A stretch of 64,000 nucleotides of DNA from Capsulimonadales bacterium (GTDB taxonomy: Bacteria > Armatimonadota > Armatimonadia > Armatimonadales > Armatimonadaceae), in NCBI GenBank assembly GCA_033762295.1, contig JANRLW010000069.1, forward strand, positions 96,001-160,000, written 5' to 3'. Below the pieces are notes generated by a model, which ran no database searches, was not told the DNA's origin, and saw only the letters and a program-made list of their open reading frames with translations. Positions 48,301 through 57,269 of the stretch are shown piece by piece. How positions within the stretch are numbered: position 1 is the first letter of the stretch; every line of letters starts with the position of its first letter. Both the position numbers and the translations under genes were made by a program.

Positions 48301-48462
48301 GTCGATACCCACCCCGGCGACTTCGTTCCGTTTCGGAATGGCGTTCTGTCGCGACGAATCGCCGCCCTCGTTCCCGGCACCGCCGGCCCCGTCGCACGGG
48401 CGGAGGAACGTTTACGGCAGGCCGTCGTCTGGGCGCTGGAAGAGACTCCCATCTTCCGTTGA
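45367..48462 (+). CDS. AfsR-like transcriptional regulator (wHTH-BTAD-STAND ATPase-TPR)
   Basis: K.RALLAYLA, SRE.LAE.FWP, LPAPLT.F.GRE, GPGGIGKT Walker A, LILDNFE, LEGIPLAIELAAAR, RH.SL.A.IEWS, C-terminal TPRs. Confidence 0.9.
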   Translation: MEKADELSREDAAGGRVVPPSPILVHLLGELRLCIGGETITGFRSRKARALLAYLAFFRERRHSREMLAERFWPEAVSSKSRTSLNTELYALRNQLERPGTPPNTILICDTVSVGLNPDLVTTDIKRFADRLAQAERLGNDERAIPVLRSALALANEEFLPGSYEEWALHERERHRERFVTSALRLARLLKEFGNKEEEAHWLKEVVRIDPTHSEAVTHLFRHLLDERRETEAVAIYRELRDRLQSTWNMEPPPEVRTTMAPLLAVYTAPARRTRSSGPGRTAALATAAIADMAVAGRQDAPEDRTVPTRRVKTDTAPELLNEAPGRENWLPAPLTRFYGRENELTRLRWMLGDPNHRLITLTGPGGIGKTRLALSLARRLREPAGISEGMSEGMRVLFVSVADARTIPALLECVKQGFGIHTKKTADAMTAIVDFLRTEPTLLILDNFEQLIGVGAERWVEELLQRVPALTCLVTSRIRLPLQGESEFPVLPLEVPEEPDEPQDTETVLRDYPAVALFVDRAQQAVPYFPVNRKTVTAIIRLVRYLEGIPLAIELAAARARVYPPAQMLEQMTSRFRVLVSHRPMFEERHRSLRATIEWSFRLLTEEQRAFFLRLAVLRGAWITEDAEAVTGVPDPAEFLADLADASLVRTEFGADRIRFRMLETIRDFALEKLEESLNRDERERLYDRHVARFVSVAEELLKARDGNDQATWREEIRRSHENCCAALERCLETPGLPALESSVRIVASLSRFWRLEGWHRPGIVYLERIRERSEWPELSVRMRSSLLNGIGMLKMETGQTDEAEPFFHEARELLLAAGDENGAFAALHNLAILAGLRGRGAETYHWLEECLAYWRRVNDPQKISLTLTNLACESAELGDTERARTLLEESCHIARTVGQVLPESNALVCLGFLMFERGDRNAAEQRLRDSLRLQSQLRNWKEAALILLALSEMIDPDGDNLTEGGMARTASDYLASVDTHPGDFVPFRNGVLSRRIAALVPGTAGPVARAEERLRQAVVWALEETPIFR

Positions 48463-48502
48463 TCCGGGCGTTCGAATTTGCTTGTTTCGGAATCTTTTTT
48501 TG

Positions 48503-48544
48503 TGACGTCCCCAAATGACGTGTTTTCGTCAGAGTTGTGTCAGA
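48503..48544. promoter_or_regulatory. TGAC/GTCA operator-like array
   Basis: TGACGT at 48503 and 48516; GTCAGA at 48528 and 48539; central palindrome TGACG-N6-CGTCA. Confidence 0.5.
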
Positions 48545-48633
48545 CCCCCCCTTTACACTGAGTCCGTTAACAACGCCATACCCGTTGAGTGGGATTTGGT
48601 TCAAACGGAACTCGGTAGAAAGGACGGATTTCG

Positions 48634-49008
48634 ATGCAACTTATGGGAGGATCGTTGACTGGCCGGCGTTTCAAGGCCATCATGACGGCTTTCGTTGTTT
48701 CCGGATTCACCATGCTGGGAATCGTCAGCGTCAGTCCGAATGCGTTGTCGGCGGGTTTGACCCCGATTGAGATCGATCCGGCTCCTTCCTTCACGGCGGG
48801 CCAGCCGCTCCCCTGCGCGGTCAGCGTGAACGGCAGCGGAAACATTACGATTACCAGCGTTCCGTACGGCGCGGTCAGCTTCTCCGGGTCGGTTCCGAGT
48901 GGCACCTCCGTCGTCAACGCGACGACCTCGCCGAACGCTTCCGGAACGATCACGGTCATCCTGAACACCGGCGGTACGACCGTGCAGAACATCACCGTCG
49001 CTCGTTAA
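48634..49008 (+). CDS. Small secreted beta-rich hypothetical protein
   Basis: AAGGA SD, signal peptide, Ser/Thr/Gly-rich beta-strand pattern. Confidence 0.7.
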   Translation: MQLMGGSLTGRRFKAIMTAFVVSGFTMLGIVSVSPNALSAGLTPIEIDPAPSFTAGQPLPCAVSVNGSGNITITSVPYGAVSFSGSVPSGTSVVNATTSPNASGTITVILNTGGTTVQNITVAR

Positions 49009-49067
49009 TCCGCTATTGGCGGATGACCGGATGAAAAGACCGAAATGGGCGACGCGCGGCGGGCATC

Positions 49068-49421
49068 ATGATTCTGTACGATCCGAACGGGAACGCGCAC
49101 GCGCCTTTTTCGAGCCACCACTGGCAAGCCTGGCGCTTTCATGAACCGGGCGGCGGATTTGTCCTGAAAGTCATCGGGTTTTGCGTGGTGGATTCGCCGG
49201 GATATAGCGGCTACCTGCGTGCCGTGCCGGAGCAAAGCTATAACCGGAACCTGCTTTTACTGGAGAAGGTGATCATACCCCCTGCGGGGACGGTGCTGCC
49301 GTCCCCGTCCCCCCACACGCTGGAGATTCGGTACGAAGACCGATCCGACGGCCACCACACTCACGTTCAAATCGTCTCCGATTTTGTGACGTTGCCCATT
49401 CGCGACGTTTATCCGGCTTAA
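49068..49421 (+). CDS. Hypothetical protein
   Basis: Protein-like composition, fills the gap between co-oriented genes. Confidence 0.6.
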   Translation: MILYDPNGNAHAPFSSHHWQAWRFHEPGGGFVLKVIGFCVVDSPGYSGYLRAVPEQSYNRNLLLLEKVIIPPAGTVLPSPSPHTLEIRYEDRSDGHHTHVQIVSDFVTLPIRDVYPA

Positions 49422-49515
49422 AACTGGCCTGACAGGAACTCTCCGGTGAAGGGTTGAAACGTCCGTACGGTCCAATCGGACGGCAACAGCTCGTTTGCGA
49501 CAGAGGAGGGAACCC

Positions 49516-50721
49516 ATGGCAAACACCGTCTTGCAGGAGGCCGACGGCCCCCGTCAGGAGACGCAATTATCTTCATCGGATCGGAACCTGACCACGGCGG
49601 GTGCCGGCAGGCTGACCGATCGACCTGACTTCGCTCCGGTCACCTCATCTCCGACCGCCGGAAACGAGGAGGACCACCGGGTTCGTCCGGCCGAACTGGC
49701 GGAAGCGTTGTCCGCCATCGAGGGGCGGCGGCGCACCGTGTTCCTGGGAACGCTCTCCACGAAACGCGCGGTCCAGGAACTCCAGATCTCCGTTTCGCCG
49801 GACGAGATCTGGGAGGAAGTGCGCGCCCAGCGGGAACAGCGGGCGCAGATCCGTCCGAACGGCCGGAAGGGGCTACCGGCCAGAGATATCGCCAAGGTGG
49901 CGGTCGGCATCGGTGCGGTCATCGTCACCGGCATGGCGGTTCGTTCCGTCCTGAGCCACTGGAGTTCCCTGCAACCGCCCGAAACGGCCGGGACGAGGGC
50001 GCTGCCCGCCCCCCTGCAAAATACGACCCGCGAAATTCCCAGGCCGCCTGCGGTCGAGTATCGGACGACGGAGTTCTTCGTCCGGACGCCGACGACGAAA
50101 GCTCTCGGGGATCTGAAGGACGGAGAGCCGATCTCGATGCGGTTCGAGAAGTTCTCCGAACTGATGCGCCTGCTGACAGGGAGCGCCTTCGAAGCGCCCA
50201 TATCCGCGGCGACGGCGAAAGGCATTCTGGTGAATTCCACGTCGCGGGTGGACGGGTTCGATGTCGTTCGCTATGGTGGCAAATTCTATCTGCGTGCCTA
50301 CGTTCCGAAAAGCTACCGGCCGAACGGTCCGTCCGGCATGACATCGCCGGGGGAATCGAATAACAACCCCTGGATTTCCAACCGTCCCCATGGTTCGATC
50401 AGCGAGACGGTCACGGTCCGGATGCCCGCCGCCGCCCTTCCGCCGAACCCCTCACCGCGCGACATCGCGACGGCGAATACCCGAACCTCCACCACCCGTC
50501 AGGTACCGACCGGCCCGTTCGACACCCAGGTTCAGATTCCTTGGGACGCCATCAAAAATGGGGGGTATTCCGGGCGCGGCGACCAGGAAAGCCAGATGTA
50601 CCAGTTCGGCATCGACTGGAAAAAGCTCGACAAAAGAGCCTGGGACACGTGGAAGCCCTCCTCCCTGCCGAAAGAATCGCAGAACGTGTCATCGGCCTCG
50701 GCCGGGACCATTCAACATTAA
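49516..50721 (+). CDS. Single-TM hypothetical protein
   Basis: GAGGAGG SD; N-terminal helical region, TM VAVGIGAVIVTGMAV. Confidence 0.7.
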   Translation: MANTVLQEADGPRQETQLSSSDRNLTTAGAGRLTDRPDFAPVTSSPTAGNEEDHRVRPAELAEALSAIEGRRRTVFLGTLSTKRAVQELQISVSPDEIWEEVRAQREQRAQIRPNGRKGLPARDIAKVAVGIGAVIVTGMAVRSVLSHWSSLQPPETAGTRALPAPLQNTTREIPRPPAVEYRTTEFFVRTPTTKALGDLKDGEPISMRFEKFSELMRLLTGSAFEAPISAATAKGILVNSTSRVDGFDVVRYGGKFYLRAYVPKSYRPNGPSGMTSPGESNNNPWISNRPHGSISETVTVRMPAAALPPNPSPRDIATANTRTSTTRQVPTGPFDTQVQIPWDAIKNGGYSGRGDQESQMYQFGIDWKKLDKRAWDTWKPSSLPKESQNVSSASAGTIQH

Positions 50722-50790
50722 TATTCGAACCGTTCGTCACACCGCTCGTATACCCTCCGTGCCGTGATCGCCCGGAGGGTATAATGCCCC

Positions 50791-52614
50791 ATGCCCGACG
50801 TCGCTCCTTCGGCTCCCGCGAACGACCGGGAGCCGAAATCCCTATATCGACGGCTCCTGCCGTATCTCCGACCGCACCTGCCGACGATTTTTCTCGGACT
50901 GGCGCTCCTTCTCCTTTCCATACCCGCCAACAATTTTCACCCGATCGCCTGGAAATGGATCGTCGATGAGGTGATCGGAAAACGCCGGACGGAACTGCTG
51001 CTCCCCCTGGTGGCCGCTCTGTTCGCCGTTCAGGCGATCGGTTCGACGCTGGAAGCGTTTCGCGCCATCCTGCTGGAACGGGTCGGTCAGCGATTCGTCC
51101 TGCAACTGCGGAACGCCGTCTACGAACGACTGCAGGCGCAATCTCTGGCCTTTCACCATGAAAATCGGGTGGGGGATCTGGTTTCACGCACCATGGGCGA
51201 TATCGACCAGCTACAGGAGGTGGCGGTGCAGGGAATCGATTCCCTGGTGGCGAATGCCCTGTCCTTCCTGTTCGTGGCCGGAGTCCTTCTGATCCTGCAT
51301 CCGCTCCTCGGATTCGTCACCCTGTTGCCCATTCTGTTCGTCTTCCTTCTGACCCGGTATTTCAACGAGCGCGTCAAGGTGATTTACCGATTGTCGCGCG
51401 ACCGGCTGGGCGACGTCTCCGCCCGCCTTCAGGAGAACCTGAACGGACTGCCGCTGATCAAGGCGTTCGCCCGCGAACGTTTCGAAAGCGGTCGTTTCCG
51501 CACCGCCGGAGAGCGATTGCTGACGGAGCAGTTCCGGGCGATACTGGCGCGAAATACCTTCTTCCCGGCCGTTCGGTTTGTCGGGTTCTTTTCAAATGTT
51601 CTGTCGATCGGTCTGGGCGCGTGGCTGACGCTGAACGGGCAGTTCACGGTGGGCGGTCTGGTCGCGTATCGCGGGTACTGGTGGCCGCTGTTCGCGCCGA
51701 TCAACCAGCTGGCGGCCATGAACGACATGCTTCAGCGCGCGGCGGCGGCGGCCGGTCGCGTCTTCGAAGTGCTCGATGCGCCCCTGCTGGTCGCGGACCT
51801 GCCCGATGCCCGCCCCCTCGAATGGAAAGCCGGAAGGGTCGCCTTTGAGGAAGTCTCCTTCGGATACCCGGCCGCCGACGGTCAGGAGCCGAAAACCGTG
51901 CTGGAAAACGTTCGCTTTGAGGTCGAACCCGGTCGGATGATCGCCCTGGTCGGGCCGAGCGGCGCGGGAAAAACCACCGTTCTCCATCTGCTCCTGCGCT
52001 TCTACGACCCGACGAACGGAAGGGTCGTCATCGACGGGCAGGATATTCGATGCGTTTCACAGGAAAGCCTGCGGTCCCGCATGGCCTACGTTCCGCAGGA
52101 ACCGTTTCTGTTCAACGGCACGGTCCTCGAAAATATCCGTTACGGCAATCCCAACGCGACTCCGGCGGAAGCGGAGGCGGCGGCCCGAATGGCGAACGCC
52201 CACGATTTCATCGCCGGACTGACGCGCGGCTATGAGACGGAGATCGGGGAACGCGGGGTGAAACTGTCCGGCGGGCAGCGTCAACGAATCGCGATCGCGC
52301 GGGCGTTCCTGGCCGATCCCCGCCTGTTGATCCTCGATGAACCGACCTCCGCCGTGGAACCGGAATCCGAACAGATCGTTCAGCAATCCCTCGCCCGCCT
52401 GATGCGCGGACGAACGACGTTCGTTACGTCCCACCGGTTGAGCCTGGTGCGGGACGCCGATCGGATTCTGGTTTTCTCCGAAGGCCGGTTGATCGAGGAG
52501 GGCAGCCACACCGAACTGCTGGCCTGTCACGGTTTGTATGCCTCCATGTACGGGATGCAGATGGGCCGCCCGGCGGAGGACGAGGTTCAGCCGGCTTTCG
52601 CGACCGGAACGTAA
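50791..52614 (+). CDS. ABC exporter, fused permease/ATP-binding (MdlB/MsbA-like)
   Basis: Six-TM domain; GPSGAGKT, LSGGQRQRIAIAR, LILDEPTS. Confidence 0.93.
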   Translation: MPDVAPSAPANDREPKSLYRRLLPYLRPHLPTIFLGLALLLLSIPANNFHPIAWKWIVDEVIGKRRTELLLPLVAALFAVQAIGSTLEAFRAILLERVGQRFVLQLRNAVYERLQAQSLAFHHENRVGDLVSRTMGDIDQLQEVAVQGIDSLVANALSFLFVAGVLLILHPLLGFVTLLPILFVFLLTRYFNERVKVIYRLSRDRLGDVSARLQENLNGLPLIKAFARERFESGRFRTAGERLLTEQFRAILARNTFFPAVRFVGFFSNVLSIGLGAWLTLNGQFTVGGLVAYRGYWWPLFAPINQLAAMNDMLQRAAAAAGRVFEVLDAPLLVADLPDARPLEWKAGRVAFEEVSFGYPAADGQEPKTVLENVRFEVEPGRMIALVGPSGAGKTTVLHLLLRFYDPTNGRVVIDGQDIRCVSQESLRSRMAYVPQEPFLFNGTVLENIRYGNPNATPAEAEAAARMANAHDFIAGLTRGYETEIGERGVKLSGGQRQRIAIARAFLADPRLLILDEPTSAVEPESEQIVQQSLARLMRGRTTFVTSHRLSLVRDADRILVFSEGRLIEEGSHTELLACHGLYASMYGMQMGRPAEDEVQPAFATGT

Positions 52615-53480
52615 AGGTCCGTCCGCACCTGCTCCGGCGGCACCTCGCGACAGTCGTTGACGTACACCTCGAAGCTCGGCGCGTTACGGAACGAATAGCC
52701 CGTACCCGTCACGCCACGTGTGAACTCGGCCCAGGCATGTCCGAGTCCGTCATACGGACCCATATGAGTCGCCACCGCGTAGCTCCCACCCTCGATCATC
52801 ACCACCCGAACGTCCGGATCGGTCGACGTAAAGTCGTCGGCGACGAAAACGCCGGCATCCGAACGCAGTTCCTCGACCGGCGTGTTTTCCGGATCGTCGT
52901 AATAGAGGGCGACCGTTTGGTTCATCGGGATGCCCTTCGTCCCGATCAGCGACATCAGCCGCTCGAAGGTCTGTCCGATCATGAAATACGCGCCGTGGTG
53001 CGCCAGGCAGACGGCTTTGCGCGTCGGAAACTCCTGAATATTGATCTTCATAGTCCATTCCCCTTTCGGTTGCAGGAAGCAAAGACCGCCGGGATCGTCG
53101 AAATGGACGCGGTTCGGCGTCGGAAGCCGCCCCTCATACCGTACCTGCCGACGAAACGAGGACGGTGTGCAACCGTAGGCGCTCCGAAAAGCCCGGATGA
53201 ACGCCTCATGGGTCGCGTACCCCGCCTCGAAGGCCAGAACGGTGATCGGCGTATCGCCTGTTCGGAGCCGATGGGCCGCGCGTTCCAGTCGAAGGCGTCG
53301 AACCATCTCCGCCACGGTCTCCCCGAGCAAGGTCTGAAAGATTCGGTGGAAGTGGAAACGGGAGACGCCTACCTCGTCGGCGATCCGGCGCAGGTCGAGA
53401 TGGTCCTCCGGATGTCGGAGAATGTACCCGACCGCCGCCGCGATTCGCTCCTCATGATCCAGTCGTGTCGTTTGCTTCAT
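52587..53480 (-). CDS. AraC family regulator with GyrI-like effector domain
   Basis: S.FHFHRIF...GET, RRLRLERAA, F.RAFR..YG..PS; YYDDP..TP..ELRSD, H.GPY. Confidence 0.92.
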   Translation of the reverse strand: MKQTTRLDHEERIAAAVGYILRHPEDHLDLRRIADEVGVSRFHFHRIFQTLLGETVAEMVRRLRLERAAHRLRTGDTPITVLAFEAGYATHEAFIRAFRSAYGCTPSSFRRQVRYEGRLPTPNRVHFDDPGGLCFLQPKGEWTMKINIQEFPTRKAVCLAHHGAYFMIGQTFERLMSLIGTKGIPMNQTVALYYDDPENTPVEELRSDAGVFVADDFTSTDPDVRVVMIEGGSYAVATHMGPYDGLGHAWAEFTRGVTGTGYSFRNAPSFEVYVNDCREVPPEQVRTDLYVPVAKAG

Positions 53481-53605
53481 GTCACGCCTATTGTCCGTCG
53501 GTTCGTCGTTGAAAACTTGCCGAGGATTGCGAATTTTCCCAACAATCGTCCGACAATCTCCCGGCGTCATGGCAGGAGCGGAAGGGAGGCGGTTCAATAG
53601 GGACC

Positions 53606-54901
53606 GTGACGGACGAAACGGTATCGGTCGGGCCGACCCGGCGGCAGCAGTGGGCGCTCTCCATCGCCATGTTCCTCATCACCGGCGCGTTCGGTTTCCT
53701 CCAGACGTTTACCTCGCTCTATCTTTCGGCGGCGGGATTGCAACTGAAAGAGATCGGTTTGGTGACCGCGCTGGGAACCGCGGTCGCCATCTTCCTGCAG
53801 CCGGTTCTGGGACGTCTCTCCGACCGCTGGGACACACGCCGTCCGTTCATGGTGCTGGCCGCACTCGGATCGGCCGGCGCGTACCTGCTCTTTCGGAAGG
53901 CGGCGGGTTTCGAGCAGTTCGTTCTTCTGACCGCCCTGGGGGTGAACGGTTCGCAGTATCTCAACACGGTCGGCGGAGTGCTGGTCGGGCGAATGGTGCG
54001 AGCGACCGGGGGAGGAACCGCCTACGTACGGTATCGGCTCTGGGGATCGGTCGGCTACATCGTGGTCGCCCTGACGACCGGCGGTATCGTCAAGGCGTAT
54101 CTGCCGGAGAACGCCACGCTGAATCGGGCGGACCTCGATCCTCTGTTCACCTACGCGCCTCTGCTTTTCCTTGCCATCGCCGTCGCCTCCCTGTTTGTTC
54201 CCGATGTGAAAAACCCGCCGCCGACCGATCGGGATACCGCGCCGGAAGCGATCGAGCCACCGCGAACCCCGCAGGAGCAGGCGAATCTCCGGTGGTTTCT
54301 GACCGCGTTTTTCCTCTATCAGTTCTCGCTCTACGGGGCGTCGGCGTACCTGCCCTTGTTCATGAAGTCCCTCGGCGCGAGTCCGCTGCATATCACGGCG
54401 ATGTACGCGGGCGGCGTCCTCATCGAGGTGGCCGTGATGTCGCAGGTGGGGCGATGGGTGGACACCTACGGGCGCTGGCCGGCGCTGGCCGCTTCGTTCC
54501 TGCTGCTGCCGGTTCGTCTGCTGCTCTATGTCCCGGCGAATTCACCGCTCCACGTCATGGCGGTGCAGACTCTTCACGGTTTCAACTTCGGCATTATCGG
54601 GACGATCGCGATCGTCTTCGTCAACGATCTCGCCCGCAACCATGAGCGGGGAACGATCCAGTCGCGACTGGCCGTGACTCAGGGGATCGGTGTCGCTCTC
54701 GGTCCGGTCGTCTGCGGATTTCTGTCCGATCGCTTCGGCATACCGACCATGTTCGCGGTCATGGCCGGTGGCGCCCTTCTGACCGCCGCCGTTTTTTGGA
54801 CCCGTGTCCGCGAGACCCATCCCTCGCCGAAACCGTTACCGGCCGGATGGCGGTTCCTGCAGGGCGCTCCCATGCGGCCTTCCGGGGACGGCAGCGGCTA
54901 A
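53606..54901 (+). CDS. MFS transporter
   Basis: About 12 TM helices; G.LSDRW..RRP, R.WGS.GY, G.WVD.YGR. Confidence 0.88.
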   Translation: MTDETVSVGPTRRQQWALSIAMFLITGAFGFLQTFTSLYLSAAGLQLKEIGLVTALGTAVAIFLQPVLGRLSDRWDTRRPFMVLAALGSAGAYLLFRKAAGFEQFVLLTALGVNGSQYLNTVGGVLVGRMVRATGGGTAYVRYRLWGSVGYIVVALTTGGIVKAYLPENATLNRADLDPLFTYAPLLFLAIAVASLFVPDVKNPPPTDRDTAPEAIEPPRTPQEQANLRWFLTAFFLYQFSLYGASAYLPLFMKSLGASPLHITAMYAGGVLIEVAVMSQVGRWVDTYGRWPALAASFLLLPVRLLLYVPANSPLHVMAVQTLHGFNFGIIGTIAIVFVNDLARNHERGTIQSRLAVTQGIGVALGPVVCGFLSDRFGIPTMFAVMAGGALLTAAVFWTRVRETHPSPKPLPAGWRFLQGAPMRPSGDGSG

Positions 54902-55968
54902 CGCCGGTAAGCGCGCCGCATCAGCAGACCGATCAGAAGCAGTCCGGCGTTTACCGTAATCAGCAGCGGGAGCCACGTCTGACGGAAAGCATTGGCCGAG
55001 AGAAGCTGTTCGAGCCGCCGGGCGTTGCCTTTATCGCCCAGGGCGGTAAGGTCCGCCGCGAGGAGCTTGATCTGTTGCCGAACCACCTCCCGGCGAACCG
55101 CGTCGTTCCGAACGGTCGGCCAGGTTTCCGCCGCGACCTGTCCCGCCGTCTGCGTCGTCAGCAACGCGCCGTTGGAATCGCCCAGTTTCCCCTGGATCTC
55201 GGCGAGTTCCCGGTAGAGGACGATGTCGCGGGTCGGTTCGAGTGCCCGCATCGCTTCGCCCAGGGTGGCGAACGCCCCCGGAGAATCGACCGGTACGGAC
55301 CGCTCCAGTGGCCGACAGTCCAGTCGCGGCGCGAGCGGCGTTCCCTGAAGCGAGACCACATTCACCGTGGATACCTGGCTTCCCGTCCCTGACCGGGCCG
55401 TCCATTTCTCCGGAGGAGCGTTGACGACGGGCGGAAGTATATACGGAACGGTGAGGTAACGACCGGCCTGCGCCAGGCCGATCAGGCAGAGCGCGTGAAA
55501 CCGGTCCGACGGGTCCGTCAGTCCGTTCGCCTGCGCTCGGGCGTCGTCCGCCGCGCCCAGCCGAACCAGCGCTTCGAAAAGCCAGAAGGGCACTCCCTGC
55601 GCCCTCGCCTCCGATTCGGTCAGCGCGGCGGGAAGGGTCGAACGCGAATCGTCGAAGAGCGTGGGCAGCGCCGGCAGGTCGAAACGTGCCTGTCCCGCCC
55701 GGATGGCCCCGGTGACGGCCACCGCCGCGCCGGCGACATCGCCTCCTTCGGCTTTTCGAACCGCGGCTTCCATCTCCCGGCGGAAGTTGAGGAGTTCGGG
55801 ACGGGTGAGCCTCGGTGCGTCCGCCGTCGTAGGCGGCGTTTGTGCGGCGACACCGGTCGTCAGAAAGAAAAGGGCAAGGGGCAGGACCATGCCGACAACA
55901 CGCCACCGAGCGCCGATGGACCGCCGGAAAAAGGAGAACCGCATAATCTCGTTTGTACCTCGTTTCAT
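54898..55968 (-). CDS. Exported hypothetical protein with C-terminal TM anchor; ATG abuts the IS left end
   Basis: Signal-like N-terminus, C-terminal TM followed by RRAYRR; second in-frame ATG at 55944. Confidence 0.7.
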   Translation of the reverse strand: MKRGTNEIMRFSFFRRSIGARWRVVGMVLPLALFFLTTGVAAQTPPTTADAPRLTRPELLNFRREMEAAVRKAEGGDVAGAAVAVTGAIRAGQARFDLPALPTLFDDSRSTLPAALTESEARAQGVPFWLFEALVRLGAADDARAQANGLTDPSDRFHALCLIGLAQAGRYLTVPYILPPVVNAPPEKWTARSGTGSQVSTVNVVSLQGTPLAPRLDCRPLERSVPVDSPGAFATLGEAMRALEPTRDIVLYRELAEIQGKLGDSNGALLTTQTAGQVAAETWPTVRNDAVRREVVRQQIKLLAADLTALGDKGNARRLEQLLSANAFRQTWLPLLITVNAGLLLIGLLMRRAYRR

Positions 55969-56082
55969 AAAAATAAGGCGTGGAGACCCTCGGCTTTAGC
56001 CGTGGGAGGAAACGCCCGTCTCCTTTCCGAAGGAGACTGAAGGCGCGAAGTGCCGTTCTGTGCCTCCATTCTTGAAGAATTG

Positions 56083-56091
56083 TGGTATAAT
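56083..56091 (+). promoter_or_regulatory. Extended -10 promoter of tnpB (TGgTATAAT), leaderless GTG 6 nt downstream
   Basis: tgtggTATAATtgacttGTG. Confidence 0.7.
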
Positions 56092-56097
56092 TGACTT

Positions 56098-57201
56098 GTG
56101 AAACTGGTTGCACAAGTCAAATTGATGATTACGCCCGAACAGTCGGACGCTCTTCTGCGAACGATGCGGATTGCCAACGCCGCCTGTGACTACATCAGTG
56201 ACCATGCGTGGAAAACAAAAACCTTCCAGCAGTTCTCCCTCCACAAAGCCACCTATCACGCCGTTCGTGAGACATTCCCCCTCACCGCTCAGATGGTCGT
56301 TCGCTGTAATGCCAAAGTTGCCGATGCCTATAAACTCGACAAGACGACGAAGCGGACCTTCAAGCCACTGGGTTCTATTGCCTACGACGACCGCATTCTG
56401 TCGTGGAAGGTCGAGAACTCTACGGTCTCTATCCGGACAGTGGACGGTAGAATCTCTGTCCCGTTTGTCTGTGGCGACTACCAGAAAGAAATGCTTCGTA
56501 CACGGCAAGGAGAAACCGACCTCGCTTACATTGACGGGCAGTTCTACCTGTTGGCGGTCTGTAACGTGGAAGAACCACCGCTCAAAGAAACGAAGGGTTT
56601 TCTCGGCATTGATTTGGGCATCGTTCACATTGCCACTGATAGCGAAGGACGGCAATACAGCGGCGAGGCAATTCGCAACCTGCGTCAGCGTGTCCGAAAG
56701 CATCGCTCCGGACTTCAGCATCAGGCAAAGAAACGTCACTCTAGTTCCGCCTATCGCCGATTGAAAGCGAAGGCTCGGAAGGTCTCTAGGTTCGGCAAGT
56801 GGTTGAACCACAATATCAGTAAGCAGATTGTTCAAAATGCGGTTTCCTCTTTAAAGGCACTTGTTCTGGAAAACCTTTCTGGTATCCCTGAACGAGCAAA
56901 CGGCTTCAACAAAGAGATGAGATGGCAACTTGGCAACTGGTCTTTCTATCAACTGGCTCAAATGGTCGTTTACAAGGCGAAGAAGGCAGGTATTCCTGTT
57001 GTTTTCGTTGACCCGCGCAACACCTCTCGCACTTGTAACCGGTGCGGATACTGCGACAAAGCCAATAGAAAGTCTCAAAGCCAATTTGTTTGCCTCCAAT
57101 GCGGTTGCTGTATGAATGCGGATTTGAATGCCGCCCTAAATATAGCAACACGGGGCAATGTAACTTGCCCTATGGTAGCCACGCCTTACGTAGTCGCGTA
57201 A
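56098..57201 (+). CDS. tnpB: RNA-guided endonuclease TnpB
   Basis: RuvC I GIDLG, RuvC II VLENL, zinc finger CNRC/CLQC, RuvC III NADLNAALNI. Confidence 0.95.
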   Translation: MKLVAQVKLMITPEQSDALLRTMRIANAACDYISDHAWKTKTFQQFSLHKATYHAVRETFPLTAQMVVRCNAKVADAYKLDKTTKRTFKPLGSIAYDDRILSWKVENSTVSIRTVDGRISVPFVCGDYQKEMLRTRQGETDLAYIDGQFYLLAVCNVEEPPLKETKGFLGIDLGIVHIATDSEGRQYSGEAIRNLRQRVRKHRSGLQHQAKKRHSSSAYRRLKAKARKVSRFGKWLNHNISKQIVQNAVSSLKALVLENLSGIPERANGFNKEMRWQLGNWSFYQLAQMVVYKAKKAGIPVVFVDPRNTSRTCNRCGYCDKANRKSQSQFVCLQCGCCMNADLNAALNIATRGNVTCPMVATPYVVA

Positions 57202-57269
57202 GTCAACGTGAGTTATAAAGCCCCCGACTTTAGGCGGGGGAACAGTTACGATACCGCTCCGGAACGGTT
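57050..57269 (+). ncRNA. Predicted omegaRNA/reRNA of TnpB (5' end approximate; guide = flank 57250-57269)
   Basis: Inferred from established TnpB biology: scaffold overlaps the tnpB 3' end and right end, guide is read from the flank. Confidence 0.55.

Larger units (their letters stand above)
55969..57249 (+). mobile_element. Non-autonomous IS200/IS605-family element (IS1341-like, tnpB only)
   Basis: Lower GC; subterminal hairpins at 55987-56006 and 57221-57240; guide/cleavage tetramers GAGA/TCAT (left) and AAAG/TTAC (right); no target duplication. Confidence 0.9.

Noticed and set aside
54233..54247. 14/15 match to the predicted TnpB guide inside the MFS gene
   Set aside because: Preceded by ATCGG rather than TTCAT, with a mismatch at position 9; plausibly chance in GC-rich DNA
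55969..57249. IStron (self-splicing) interpretation of the IS
   Set aside because: Only about 130 nt precede tnpB, too short for a group I intron, and the element is antisense to the host gene
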